The notes under the pieces were generated by a model. It worked only from the letters and a program-made list of their open reading frames with translations. It had not been told where the DNA came from and made no database searches. From a virus, in the IMG/VR virus record IMGVR_UViG_3300045988_081319: 58,037 bases of DNA. One strand, given 5' to 3'. Shown here piece after piece: positions 17,292 to 26,851 of this stretch (its first letter is position 1; each line of letters opens with the position of its first letter). The translations under genes and the position numbers were made by a program.

Positions 17292-17797
17292 ACGGTGTCG
17301 TTGTAGTTGTCGTCGCTTTCGTCGTCGTAGCCGGAAAGCTGCTCGATCTGATCGACGATGGCCTGCTTCTTACCAGCGTAAGGAATCAGGTGATCGACCA
17401 TATCCGTACCGGTGACAGCGTTCACGGCCTTCCACAGGGCCTTGTTGTCCCACAGCTTGGCCTTGTCCTCATCCACGGTAGCGGTATAAATCAGGCTGGA
17501 ATGGTAGCCGGTCGTGTCGGTGCTTTCCGGCAGACGCATACCGCCCAGCCTGCGATTCTTCTGGTACTTGGTGTTGCGTTCACGGCACTTATCCCATTCG
17601 CGCTCGCTCAGGGGACGAATCCGGAAACGGAAAGCGATGCCGTTGAAGGACACTTCGATGGTCTTCGTATCGCTGCTCACACGTTCGGAAGTCAGAGCTT
17701 TGAGCAGCTCGTTTTCATTGATGGCGACCTCGTTCTGCATCTCTTCCTGCGTCATAGGGGCTTCTTCATAGGTGTCATTGACCTTGCTCATGTTCAT
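17282..17797 (-). CDS. Tail assembly chaperone (XkdN-like)
   Basis: 171-aa acidic protein between the tube and tape measure genes. Ends ...DTVKN at the slippery site. Confidence 0.75.
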   Translation of the reverse strand: MNMSKVNDTYEEAPMTQEEMQNEVAINENELLKALTSERVSSDTKTIEVSFNGIAFRFRIRPLSEREWDKCRERNTKYQKNRRLGGMRLPESTDTTGYHSSLIYTATVDEDKAKLWDNKALWKAVNAVTGTDMVDHLIPYAGKKQAIVDQIEQLSGYDDESDDNYNDTVKN

Positions 17798-17835
17798 ACT
17801 CCTTTCAAATATATCCGTTACAGCTTGTTACAGGG

Positions 17836-17863
17836 CACAGGGCGGCTTTTACGCCGCCCTGTG
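17836..17863 (-). promoter_or_regulatory. GC-rich stem-loop between tube and chaperone genes
   Basis: CACAGGGCGGC-6 nt-GCCGCCCTGTG (11 bp) with no T-tract. Probably a transcript-stability or partial-termination element. Confidence 0.4.
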
Positions 17864-17908
17864 ATAGATTGTAGGGGTTGAAACGGAAGGGGCGTAGCGT
17901 CCCTTTAC

Positions 17909-18376
17909 TCAGGCGTTCTGAAGATAGGACTGAAGCTCAGGCGGCTGGTTGACGATAAAACTCCAAGTGCGCTTGTACAGCTCGCCGACCTTCATGTTCT
18001 GGATGTCGATGTTGCCATCGGGCACGCAGTCGCGGTAGACGGTCTGCTCTTCGGAACCATCGTAGGGGCTGCGTACCATGCCACGGAAATTCCACACGGG
18101 CATCCGGTGCGTCCGCAGACCTTCCATGAGCTGCTTGAAGAACTCCGACGTCTCAACGATGATTTCAGAGAACTGAAGCGTGACCTTGTAGCTGCTCATC
18201 GTGCCATGCTCCTGCGCGTCGCCGAGCGGCTGATAGGTCTGGTTGTTCACAGCCACTGAGGACTGAAAGCTCTCAGTGGAAACAAGCAGCGTGCCGTTTT
18301 CGTCGTAGAGGCCGCCGTCCTTGCCGGACATGACCTTGCGAACGTCCACAATAGGCGCGTTATTCAGTACAGACAT
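17909..18376 (-). CDS. Tail tube protein (XkdM-like)
   Basis: 155 aa immediately downstream of the sheath gene. Confidence 0.8.
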   Translation of the reverse strand: MSVLNNAPIVDVRKVMSGKDGGLYDENGTLLVSTESFQSSVAVNNQTYQPLGDAQEHGTMSSYKVTLQFSEIIVETSEFFKQLMEGLRTHRMPVWNFRGMVRSPYDGSEEQTVYRDCVPDGNIDIQNMKVGELYKRTWSFIVNQPPELQSYLQNA

Positions 18377-18395
18377 GTTTGTTTACTCCTTTCCA

Positions 18396-19826
18396 TTAGT
18401 CTTCGGAGAAGTGGAACTTGTAGGTGATGTAGACCTTCTCGATGCTGTCGAGATCGTACACATCAATGACAAACCACGCGCTGTCGCCCTTAGCGGGGTT
18501 GGCGGGATCTTCGTAGACAGCGCCAGCCAGCAGCTTGCCTTCGGCGATCATCGAATTGATGACACCGTTGGCAATCGCGATGAACGTGGCGCGGCCATTG
18601 GAATCGTTGTTCACAGAGCCGACGATGCCCTCAGTGCTGGAATTGATGCGGGTAATCAGCTCGTAGCGGGTCTTGGTGCGGCGAATCTTCTTCCAGCCGG
18701 CATCCTGATTGGAGGCAAGGACAGTCAGGGTGTTGATGCCCTGCTCAATCCACACAGCGCCAGAAGAGGAAACCGTGAATACCAGAGCGCCGGACTTCAG
18801 GCACTCTTCGACCTTGGCATTCGTGAGCGGGCCGATGATCTTCCTGGCATTGGGCACGACCTTGTGGGTCGCGCTGTCGCTCGCGGGCAGGTAGGCCAGC
18901 AGACCGGCAATCACGGCGGCAGCCTTCCAGCCTTCCTGAGCCTCGTCGTCGATGTAGAAGCCGTTGAGCACATACACCACGTTCGGGCTGTTGAAGGCGG
19001 CGGCATCGGACTTGCGGGTCGCGTATTCGACGCTGGTCGGCTCGCCGACGACCGCAATACCCATCAGGCCGCCATCGGTAGCGCGATTGATGAACGCTTT
19101 GACCAGAGCATGGATGGCGGTGGCGTCAGAATCGACACACAGCACATTCCAGACGGAGGCTTCGAGAACGTCGAAAGCCGCGCTGTAATCGGCGTTCGCG
19201 ATGGTCGGAGACGCGCCCGCAGTAGCGAACGTAGCCTGCGTCGCAGTAGCGAGTACGCCATTACCGGCAGCGAGTTTCGCTGCGGTCACGACACATTCCG
19301 TGTTGGCATTGATAGCCGCAACCAGCGCGTCAACTTCGCCAGAATTGCCCTTCGCAAACGTCACCTTGCTCAGTTCCTTCGTGCCGGAGTAGATGATGCA
19401 CTCGCGCTTCGTAGTATCGGACAGGCTGTCCTTGATGGTGACGGACAGGGCGCGGGTTCCGGCATACTTTGCCGTCAGAGAAACAACCTCGACCGCCGTA
19501 GACGTGGTAGTGTCCTTCAGCTTGGTCGTGGCCTTCGTGCCGCCGCTGCCTACGCGGACAGCCTTGATCGTGGAAGCGCCGCCAAGGAAAATCTTTTCCA
19601 AGATGGAGACGTTGCTGTCTTCTCCGGAATCGTCGCCAAAGTAGCCCGGAATCTCAGCCGGGGATTCGAGCGTGACGACTTCACCAAGCGGGCCCCAGTT
19701 GGCCTTGAACGCGACGGCAACGACGCCATTCGCCGCGCCGCTCAGTTCTGCGCCGCCGCCATTTTCCTCGCGGAAGTAGATGCCGGGGCGAACTTTGGTT
19801 TCGCCATTGGAGTATCTGCCGCTCAT
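18396..19826 (-). CDS. Contractile tail sheath protein (XkdK-like)
   Basis: 476 aa. N-terminus GETKVRPGIYFRE and overall size and position are typical of sheath proteins. Confidence 0.85.
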   Translation of the reverse strand: MSGRYSNGETKVRPGIYFREENGGGAELSGAANGVVAVAFKANWGPLGEVVTLESPAEIPGYFGDDSGEDSNVSILEKIFLGGASTIKAVRVGSGGTKATTKLKDTTTSTAVEVVSLTAKYAGTRALSVTIKDSLSDTTKRECIIYSGTKELSKVTFAKGNSGEVDALVAAINANTECVVTAAKLAAGNGVLATATQATFATAGASPTIANADYSAAFDVLEASVWNVLCVDSDATAIHALVKAFINRATDGGLMGIAVVGEPTSVEYATRKSDAAAFNSPNVVYVLNGFYIDDEAQEGWKAAAVIAGLLAYLPASDSATHKVVPNARKIIGPLTNAKVEECLKSGALVFTVSSSGAVWIEQGINTLTVLASNQDAGWKKIRRTKTRYELITRINSSTEGIVGSVNNDSNGRATFIAIANGVINSMIAEGKLLAGAVYEDPANPAKGDSAWFVIDVYDLDSIEKVYITYKFHFSED

Positions 19827-20039
19827 TTAGTCCACCTTCCTTTCTGCAAAGTCCTTGATGAGTTCTTTCGCCTTTTCGAGCGAACAGCGCGTAACATGGT
19901 TGAAGTCAAGCGCTGCGGTCGCGATGTCGGCGTTGTAGCCGAACAGATGCTGCGCATTGGCAGCGATTTCTGCGGCATCGTAGACGGGTTCTTCCACAGT
20001 CGCAGGGGCGACGATGGATTCCTTGATTTCCTTCGCCAT
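19827..20039 (-). CDS. Hypothetical small protein upstream of sheath
   Basis: 70-aa ORF abutting the sheath start. Confidence 0.55.
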   Translation of the reverse strand: MAKEIKESIVAPATVEEPVYDAAEIAANAQHLFGYNADIATAALDFNHVTRCSLEKAKELIKDFAERKVD

Positions 20040-20118
20040 TGCTGGTATCTCCTTTCATGTATCAGTCAGATTTTTCTGCGCTTTTCTGGCCGGATACTGG
20101 GTATGGGAACACATACGG

Positions 20119-21063
20119 CTACGTCGAGCTGCTATCCAAAACAACCTGCGTTTCCTCTGTGTCGATGATCTCTCGCGAGATGTTGGTCTTCATCAGTTTG
20201 CTTCCTGTGGCGCGATTCTCGAAATGGGATTGCGGCTGCAATATTCCGAAACGCCCCTGCGCCTGAATCTGGCCTTGCGAGAGGTAATTCAAGTGAGGCT
20301 TGCACGAGTAATCCTTCAGAAACAGCGGCGACGTATCTTCCATCGGGATATGCCCAGCAAGCGCCTGTGCGGTGTTGAGCTTTACGAGATTGAACAGCCG
20401 GTCTGCGGCGGTTCTTGCATACACATGGCCTTCAAGGCTTGCGTTCAGCCATGTGTGTGTGAAGTGGCGCTGCTGGATTCCGACAGACGCAAGCCGCCAG
20501 TAGACGACAGGTCTTTCTTTCGTCGGCACTACCCATCTGGAAATCTCGTCATGCCCAATAACAACCGCGTCCGGCAGAACCTTCTTCGTCCATTCGTTCA
20601 TGGCTTTGATCGGGTCGGGGCACATGGTGTACTGCGACGGGCAAGCCATGATGTCGAAGATGGTTGTGATGCCGATGGTTCTTGGTGTCTGCTCCTTTTC
20701 GTTCTTTGCCTCAAAGGCGTCAGAACGTACCCATGCGAAGCAGTACGGGTAATCGTCCGCTTGCGCGAACGTCGCGTGCAGGAGGTCGCGGAGCGTGTAG
20801 TCGATGTCTTCCGGTTCGCTGCCGTATTCCATATCACACCATGTGTTGATGGACAGCACGCCGCTGGCGTTACGCGCCGGGTTCTCCTGCATATCGACGA
20901 TGTAGTCAATACGCGGATACTGCCGGTTTTCGCCCCACTTGGGGTCGTCCGCAGTGGCTGCGTGCTGATAGAAGATGGCAGGCTTCCCTTTGTATTTCGT
21001 CAGCAGCCCTGCAAGTTTCTCACTTCCAATAAGCCGCTGGTATAGCATTTCGTACAACTCCAT
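20119..21063 (-). CDS. Tail completion / neck protein (two-part)
   Basis: 314 aa between the HK97 gp10-like gene and the sheath. No specific motif recognised. Confidence 0.5.
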   Translation of the reverse strand: MELYEMLYQRLIGSEKLAGLLTKYKGKPAIFYQHAATADDPKWGENRQYPRIDYIVDMQENPARNASGVLSINTWCDMEYGSEPEDIDYTLRDLLHATFAQADDYPYCFAWVRSDAFEAKNEKEQTPRTIGITTIFDIMACPSQYTMCPDPIKAMNEWTKKVLPDAVVIGHDEISRWVVPTKERPVVYWRLASVGIQQRHFTHTWLNASLEGHVYARTAADRLFNLVKLNTAQALAGHIPMEDTSPLFLKDYSCKPHLNYLSQGQIQAQGRFGILQPQSHFENRATGSKLMKTNISREIIDTEETQVVLDSSST

Positions 21064-21076
21064 GTGCGCCGCTCCT

Positions 21077-21490
21077 TTACAGATTGATGTTGTAAGGCTC
21101 GGAGTAAATCTCCACGATTTCCGGTTCGGCCTTATCTACGGTTCTCTGAGCAAACGGGCGCGGGGCGATCATGCCGCCGGGTGTGCCGTTTTCCATGTAT
21201 CCGGCATACTCCACGCTGCTTTCAATGGTCGGGTTGTTGCCATTCGGAAGCGGTCGCCAGCTTCTTGCAAGCGTGCCGGTTCTCCATGCAGGCGGCTCGC
21301 CGGGCGCAGAAGCGGTGTAGCTTCCGCCGGACGGCTTTCGGTACGTCCTGCCGCCACGTTGCCCACGCATGACTTCCAGCTCGGCATTTCGCAAAGCATT
21401 AGAGGCTCGGAACGCTCTTGAAGGCAGTTCTGACTGCACTTGCGAAATCGCTTTCTTTACCCGTTCGCTTATGTTGATGTTGAATCCCAT
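21077..21490 (-). CDS. HK97 gp10-family head-tail joining protein
   Basis: 137 aa. The PPAWRTGTLARSW segment matches the gp10-type PvdTGxLrrS motif. Confidence 0.65.
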   Translation of the reverse strand: MGFNINISERVKKAISQVQSELPSRAFRASNALRNAELEVMRGQRGGRTYRKPSGGSYTASAPGEPPAWRTGTLARSWRPLPNGNNPTIESSVEYAGYMENGTPGGMIAPRPFAQRTVDKAEPEIVEIYSEPYNINL

Positions 21491-21858
21491 TGAAGATCAC
21501 CACGCTCTTCGCAATAGTAGGTGGTATCCACGTCAAGCTCTCCCTTGTTGTGGACGGTCTGAACACGGAAGCAGCGCGTTTCTTTGCCGCCTTTCGCCAA
21601 AACGAACGTATCCTGCTCCTTCGCAATCGGAGCGCCACGCTGGATAATCTTGTGGGAAACGGCGACGCCGGTCTGGCTGTACATCATCTTTTCCTCCGGC
21701 GTAGCGACGGACAGAATGCAGCGGACGCTCGCCTTCAGAGCAGGGGCTTTCAGGCGTTCACGCCCTCGAATGCTGCTTTCCGTGTCTTGCCCGTAGATGT
21801 TGAACGGCTTCGGAAACTGCTCTGGCCGCATGAGGCCGATTCTTCCATGCTTCAGCAC
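21469..21858 (-). CDS. Head closure / head-tail adaptor protein
   Basis: 129 aa in the neck module. Function assigned from position only. Confidence 0.55.
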   Translation of the reverse strand: MLKHGRIGLMRPEQFPKPFNIYGQDTESSIRGRERLKAPALKASVRCILSVATPEEKMMYSQTGVAVSHKIIQRGAPIAKEQDTFVLAKGGKETRCFRVQTVHNKGELDVDTTYYCEERGDLQWDSTST

Positions 21859-22295
21859 TTTTTCTCACCTCTGAATGGTATGGGCGGTTTCACATATGGG
21901 TTCTGCATCATTCCGCCGTAGAAATAATGGCCGCCGTCCTCCGGGTTCCGCATGGAATCATCGACCGCGCCGGAGGTCGGCAAGATGTCGGCGGCGTCCG
22001 CTTCAGCTTTCAGGCGCTTACGCAGATCAAGCCAACGTTCTGCGCGTTGATTGAGGTTGAATTGCGTACCATCATCGCGCCAATCAGTTTCAAACGAAAG
22101 ACGCATACAGACCGCATCTGCAAGCCTGAACAACGCCCGTTTCCACTTGGGGCACTCGTTGATGATCGCCTGAATCTCTTCGTCGCAGAGCATACAGCTT
22201 TCGCCTTCGTCGTCAACAAGCACGTCGCCCAGCTCGAAGCGAGCACGACTTACCGTGCGCCCGGTCAAATCGGACGGGTCGTAGGTGTACGTCAT
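21852..22295 (-). CDS. Head-tail connector protein (putative)
   Basis: 147 aa, following the capsid genes. Confidence 0.5.
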   Translation of the reverse strand: MTYTYDPSDLTGRTVSRARFELGDVLVDDEGESCMLCDEEIQAIINECPKWKRALFRLADAVCMRLSFETDWRDDGTQFNLNQRAERWLDLRKRLKAEADAADILPTSGAVDDSMRNPEDGGHYFYGGMMQNPYVKPPIPFRGEKKC

Positions 22296-22537
22296 TTTGC
22301 GTCCTTCTTCCTGCCGACGGGCTTTTCTTCGGTCGTTACATTCTCAGGTTCTGTGGCGGCTTCAACAGGCGCTTCATCCTCGCCGGGCTTATCGTCGATT
22401 TCAATCTGCACGATGACGCCTTCGCGGGTAAGCGCATGGATGCGGCTCGGTTCAATCAAATCAGTCGGGATGGTATCACCGATTTCGAACGGATTTCCGC
22501 AAAAACGACACGGCATCTTGGCGATGTACTTCAGCAT
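22292..22537 (-). CDS. Hypothetical small protein with acidic tail
   Basis: Trimmed to MLKYIAKMPCRFCG behind AAAGGAGGAA. Confidence 0.55.
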   Translation of the reverse strand: MLKYIAKMPCRFCGNPFEIGDTIPTDLIEPSRIHALTREGVIVQIEIDDKPGEDEAPVEAATEPENVTTEEKPVGRKKDAK

Positions 22538-22725
22538 GATGGATTCCTCCTTTCCGTAGAAATATGGCAAAACGCAACGGCAGAAACCACTTTGCGCCCG
22601 GAGGCCGTTGGTCAGGCGGCACATCCGGGCGAGCGGTTTCACCAATGCGAGGAGGTGAACACATTACGGCGCTCTTTCGATGAGCTTTTCAGAACCGTTG
22701 CGCGTAGCTGGTTAGGTTTGAGAAA

Positions 22726-23748
22726 TCAGACGCATTCCTTCATGAACACGCCCAGCTCATCGCAGACCTTCTTGGAGGTATAGGACGTCAGGCCTTCGAT
22801 GAACTCGGTATGCGTACCCTTTTCGCCTTCGTACTGGTCGAAGGCGAGATACTGACCATTGCCGAGCATGTCCCACGCGAAGGTGTAGCCAGCAGAGACT
22901 TCATCAATGGCAGGATTGGGAGCCGCATAAGCAAGCAGCGCGCCCTTGCTGTCACACACGAAGTCCATGTTCGTGCTGCCATAGCCGCCCTTGTTGTAGG
23001 TGCTGTTCAGCACCACAACGCGGTCAATCTCGAAGAGCTGCGCCAGAACATTGGCGTTGACGGTCGCGGGATTGGCGGTGGAGCCGCTATACTTCACGCG
23101 GTCGAGAATGGAGGCGTTGTTCTTCAGCGCTTCGTAGGTTTCGACGCCCAGTGCAAGGACGTTCGGCCTGCGGCGGCCTTCACGCATCATCTCAACACGG
23201 CGGTCGCCGATGAACTTCACAGGGTCGCAATTGCTGTCGCTGAACTTGTAGAACTGATTGCCAGAGGGAGTGGTGGTCACACCCGCCCATTCGTTTGTCC
23301 ATACGCCGGGCTTGAAATAGCCATCAGCAAAAGCGCGATCCATATGCAGTTTGAGCTGCTCGGTCGCAAGACGCACCTTGGAGCGGCGCGGGTCGATGAT
23401 GCCGGGAGCGGCAGAGCGCTGATAATTCAGCGTGCTGATCTGGTCGATGCCAATGATGATCTGATCGACTTCACAGCTGTACAGCTCCTGCTTGGAGCCG
23501 AACATCATAGGCGTTGCCTTGCCAAACTCAGGCTTGCGCTGCACGTTGTCGCGCGCAAGGTCGCCCTTGTCGAAGATGTAATAGTAGCTGGTGGAAAGCT
23601 GCACCGGCAGAATCGGGAAAACGAAGGGCGACACGAACCAGTCATCCGGCTGGAAATACGCGACGCTCATGTTGGTCAGGTAGTTATTCGGCTTCCATCC
23701 CTTGGCGATGTCCGCGGCGACGGAGCCGTTGGTAGCGATTTTGCTCAT
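22726..23748 (-). CDS. Major capsid protein (lambda gpE-like, HK97 fold)
   Basis: 340 aa downstream of the decoration and scaffold genes, with family-like N- and C-terminal segments. Confidence 0.75.
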   Translation of the reverse strand: MSKIATNGSVAADIAKGWKPNNYLTNMSVAYFQPDDWFVSPFVFPILPVQLSTSYYYIFDKGDLARDNVQRKPEFGKATPMMFGSKQELYSCEVDQIIIGIDQISTLNYQRSAAPGIIDPRRSKVRLATEQLKLHMDRAFADGYFKPGVWTNEWAGVTTTPSGNQFYKFSDSNCDPVKFIGDRRVEMMREGRRRPNVLALGVETYEALKNNASILDRVKYSGSTANPATVNANVLAQLFEIDRVVVLNSTYNKGGYGSTNMDFVCDSKGALLAYAAPNPAIDEVSAGYTFAWDMLGNGQYLAFDQYEGEKGTHTEFIEGLTSYTSKKVCDELGVFMKECV

Positions 23749-23773
23749 GTTCTTTTACTCCTTTCGGTCAAGA

Positions 23774-24181
23774 TCAGTCGCCTCCGGCAGCGGCGGCAGC
23801 AGCGGGAACAGCGGTATGCTGCAAGAAAACCTTGCACGGTACGTCAGAAGCGCCAGCTTCAAGCGCGATGGCATTTACCACGTTGCCCGCGTCAGCCTTA
23901 ACGCACTTGCCGTTGGCGTCCGTCTTCAGCAGGTCGCCCGCAGCGAACGTACCGCCCGCAATCCAGTAGCAGATGTCCTTGATCTGGACGTTTAGCGTAT
24001 CGCCCGCAGCAACGTCGCCCTGATCGGCGAGAACAATGCCGATCACAGGGTCGCCCGCAGAGGGAAGCGCCAGCTTGCCGCTGGAAAACTTGACAGCCTT
24101 CATCGCAGGGTCAGTAATGGCCGCGCTCGCAGCGGCACAGATGGTCGGGCTATCGTCATAAGCGTGAGTGTTGTAAGCCAT
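23774..24181 (-). CDS. DUF2190-type head decoration protein
   Basis: 135 aa, Ala/Gly-rich beta protein directly before the capsid gene. Confidence 0.6.
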   Translation of the reverse strand: MAYNTHAYDDSPTICAAASAAITDPAMKAVKFSSGKLALPSAGDPVIGIVLADQGDVAAGDTLNVQIKDICYWIAGGTFAAGDLLKTDANGKCVKADAGNVVNAIALEAGASDVPCKVFLQHTAVPAAAAAAGGD

Positions 24182-24207
24182 GGTTTTTCTCCTTTCTGCC
24201 GTTCAAA

Positions 24208-25386
24208 TCAGCGGCGGGATTTCTCGTACTCCTGCACCAGCTCAGGGTGGGCGATGCAGGCGGCGTCGATGGCGTCGGCGTACCTCATGTCAGGCTTGCC
24301 CTTCATGATTTCCTGCGCCGCAGCTTCGATTTTGCCCCAAGCGCCGTCAACGGCAGATTCTCCGCGCTTGCCGATTTCCGAGAAGGTGCCAGACTTTTCA
24401 ATCGCATCAAGGCTGGCGTCCAGCACGCCGATCATGTCGCTGTACGCGCTGCCGCCCGCGTTCTTGAGGCTCTTCAGCACAGGAGCCAGCTCTTCGGGCT
24501 TCTTGCCGAGAAGTTCATAGCGCTTGGCAACATCCAAAAACTCGCGATTTTCCGCGTCTTCGCGGAATTTACGCAGGTTTTCGAGTTCGGCCTTGACGGC
24601 AGGATGCAGGCCTTTGTACATGTCCTCGGCTTCGCCGGGAGTTTCAAGTGCGGGTTCGGTAATGGCAGCAGGAGCGCCGGGAGCTTCCTCGCTGCCGAAG
24701 CGCTTGGCGAAATCCTCGTAGGTCGCCCGCTCTTCGGGGGTCATTTTGCTGGTATCGAAAAACATGTCAGTTGCTCCTTTCTTGACGGTCGGTTCTTCTT
24801 CGCCGTCATTCGCAGGGGGATTTTCTTCGCCGACGGGAGCAGATGCTCCATCGGCAGTAGGGGCATCGTCGCCGGTCGTTCCTTCCTCGATCAGCGCCGT
24901 CAGATGATCGCGCATTTTCACAAGAGCTTCATCGCCCTTCTGGATGTCCGTCTGAGCATTCTTTCCGGAAGCCCAGCTCTGAGCAGCAGAGCCAAAGGCA
25001 TCGGAGAACTCGGAAACGCTCTGCTTCAGCAACGCAGCTTTTTCGTCGTCGCTCTTCTGAACATCGCAGAAGATGGAATAAACGCTGTCGGTCAGCGCAT
25101 ACACCATCGGCCACACTTCATCGCGCATGATGCCGTCATAGTCGCGCTTCACCTCACCTTCGGCGAAAGTGTAAGCGGCCTTCTCAACAGCAGCGCCGCC
25201 GGAGAACGCTTTGTGCACGAAAGCGACAAGGCGGTCCATGATGGACAGCGCTTCGTCCGCTGTCATATCAGTGCTGTCAGGCGGAGCATCCTTGCTCTTG
25301 GCGAATCGGATGTGTGCGTCCGGATTTGCCCCTTCATCGACCAGCGCTACACGCTTGATCTTCAAGTTTTTCAGCTTGGTAGGCAT
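24208..25386 (-). CDS. Scaffolding protein
   Basis: 392 aa, acidic and helical. N-terminus LKIKRVALVDEGANPDA is typical of the partners of XkdF-type proteases. Confidence 0.65.
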   Translation of the reverse strand: MPTKLKNLKIKRVALVDEGANPDAHIRFAKSKDAPPDSTDMTADEALSIMDRLVAFVHKAFSGGAAVEKAAYTFAEGEVKRDYDGIMRDEVWPMVYALTDSVYSIFCDVQKSDDEKAALLKQSVSEFSDAFGSAAQSWASGKNAQTDIQKGDEALVKMRDHLTALIEEGTTGDDAPTADGASAPVGEENPPANDGEEEPTVKKGATDMFFDTSKMTPEERATYEDFAKRFGSEEAPGAPAAITEPALETPGEAEDMYKGLHPAVKAELENLRKFREDAENREFLDVAKRYELLGKKPEELAPVLKSLKNAGGSAYSDMIGVLDASLDAIEKSGTFSEIGKRGESAVDGAWGKIEAAAQEIMKGKPDMRYADAIDAACIAHPELVQEYEKSRR

Positions 25387-25401
25387 TTCACATCACCTCC
25401 A

Positions 25402-25872
25402 TTACACTTTTTCCCTTATGGCTTGGCCTTCGATAGAAAACATGCGGTACGTTCCGTCCTTGACCTTGGCCCAAACATCGTCATCAATAACCCGGAAGCC
25501 TACCCACCATCCGTGAGGGATAGTTCCGGCAGGGATGCCCAGCAGCGCCAGCTTTTCTTCGGTGAAGACCATACTCTCCACAAGAATCGCAATATCGAAG
25601 CCACCGCGTTCGTGCATCTCGGAACCTTCCCGATAGAACTGCACGAAATCATAAGCGGCTGCTTCAAGCTCCGGCATCTCAACAATGTCTTCCTGCCAGT
25701 CAATGATCTGTTCTCCGTCAGTGCGTTCCGCAACAGAGGCCCAGCCAAAGACAAGCCTCTCTTCATCGTCACTCTTGGTGAGTTTGAAGGTGCATTGCAG
25801 CGTGCCTTCGCAGGGGTCAGCTCGCGGTTGTTGCTCGTGGCTGATGACGCATTCTTTGAATGTTTTGCTCAT
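25402..25872 (-). CDS. Prohead serine protease, XkdF-like (Peptidase_S78_2)
   Basis: 156 aa with LVFGWASV...DWQEDIV and a SIEG C-terminal region. Lies between the morphogenesis and scaffold genes. Confidence 0.6.
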   Translation of the reverse strand: MSKTFKECVISHEQQPRADPCEGTLQCTFKLTKSDDEERLVFGWASVAERTDGEQIIDWQEDIVEMPELEAAAYDFVQFYREGSEMHERGGFDIAILVESMVFTEEKLALLGIPAGTIPHGWWVGFRVIDDDVWAKVKDGTYRMFSIEGQAIREKV

Positions 25873-25945
25873 TGGATTGATTCACTCCCTTGTTACGGTG
25901 TGTAACACGGTCTACAACAGCGCGTATTTACTCGGATGAGTATTT

Positions 25946-25970
25946 GCAAAAGCCCCTTATGGGGGGCTTT
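25946..25970 (-). terminator. Intrinsic (probably partial) terminator inside head module
   Basis: Minus strand AAAGCCCC-loop-GGGGCTTTTG right after the morphogenesis gene stop. Confidence 0.55.
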
Positions 25971-25978
25971 ACGCTTGA

Positions 25979-26845
25979 CTATGGATTCGTCGGCAATTTC
26001 CGTTCGGGCGCTTTCAGCAGATACTTCACCGCGCACCGGCAGCCCGGATGCCCCGGCGGCAGGTCAACACCGATGGAAAAAGTCTCATTCAGAGGAACAA
26101 CCTCGCCATCGACCGCACCGCAGCGTTTGCACACCTTCTCGTCATCAGCAGTCGTCCATTCCTTCATGACTTCCGGCGAAATTAGCCCTTGCTCTACGGC
26201 ATCAATGATGACCATCTTTGCCGCGTTGTTGTAGGCATAGGCTGTTTCGGTTTCAGCAATCGAAGCCGCTCTCTGCCGGTGCATCTTCGCAGCGTAGGTC
26301 ATTTGGCGCTTCAGGGCTTTCTTGTGCGAATAGCCCTGCTCAATCAGGTTGTCGTAAAACTTCTTCGTCTGTTGGCATTGCCACTTGGTCAATCCGATGC
26401 AAGGGCGTATTGCCCGCGCAAGCTGATCGACGGTCATCGTGTCCGTCATTACCGCTTGTCGTACAAGGACATTGATTGCCTGATACTGCGCTGTGCTGAC
26501 TTCACGAATCAGTCTGCCGCCATGAGTGGATATGTAGCGCTCAATGGCGCTGTACATCGGGTCACGCAGCTCAACTCCGTACTCGGCAATCAGGTCTTTG
26601 ACCACCTGCTTGCTGGCGGCTTCCACGAGCGGCGTGTAGCTCTCGACAAGGAAGTTACTGTAATCCTGCTGCCAGTCGAGCAGATAATTGATGCTCAGAC
26701 CACCGTTCAGAATTGCTTCGCGCAGTTCGTGGTAAGTGATAACCTTCTGCTGGTCTGCCCACATGCGATAGAGGAACCTTGCCGGTTGCGGGCTTTTCCG
26801 GTCAATGAAGGACGATAGCCTCTGAAGGATGTCGTCATCGCTCAT
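25979..26845 (-). CDS. Head morphogenesis protein (SPP1 gp7 / Mu F family)
   Basis: C-terminal signature KVCKRCGAVDGEVVPLNETF...PPGHPGCRCAV. Confidence 0.8.
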   Translation of the reverse strand: MSDDDILQRLSSFIDRKSPQPARFLYRMWADQQKVITYHELREAILNGGLSINYLLDWQQDYSNFLVESYTPLVEAASKQVVKDLIAEYGVELRDPMYSAIERYISTHGGRLIREVSTAQYQAINVLVRQAVMTDTMTVDQLARAIRPCIGLTKWQCQQTKKFYDNLIEQGYSHKKALKRQMTYAAKMHRQRAASIAETETAYAYNNAAKMVIIDAVEQGLISPEVMKEWTTADDEKVCKRCGAVDGEVVPLNETFSIGVDLPPGHPGCRCAVKYLLKAPERKLPTNP

Positions 26846-26851
26846 TCAAGT

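Noticed and set aside
22538-22725. Possible terminator or sRNA downstream of the major capsid gene.
   Set aside because: Only a 7-bp stem with a 22-nt loop and a weak T-run could be drawn. The evidence is too weak without folding software.
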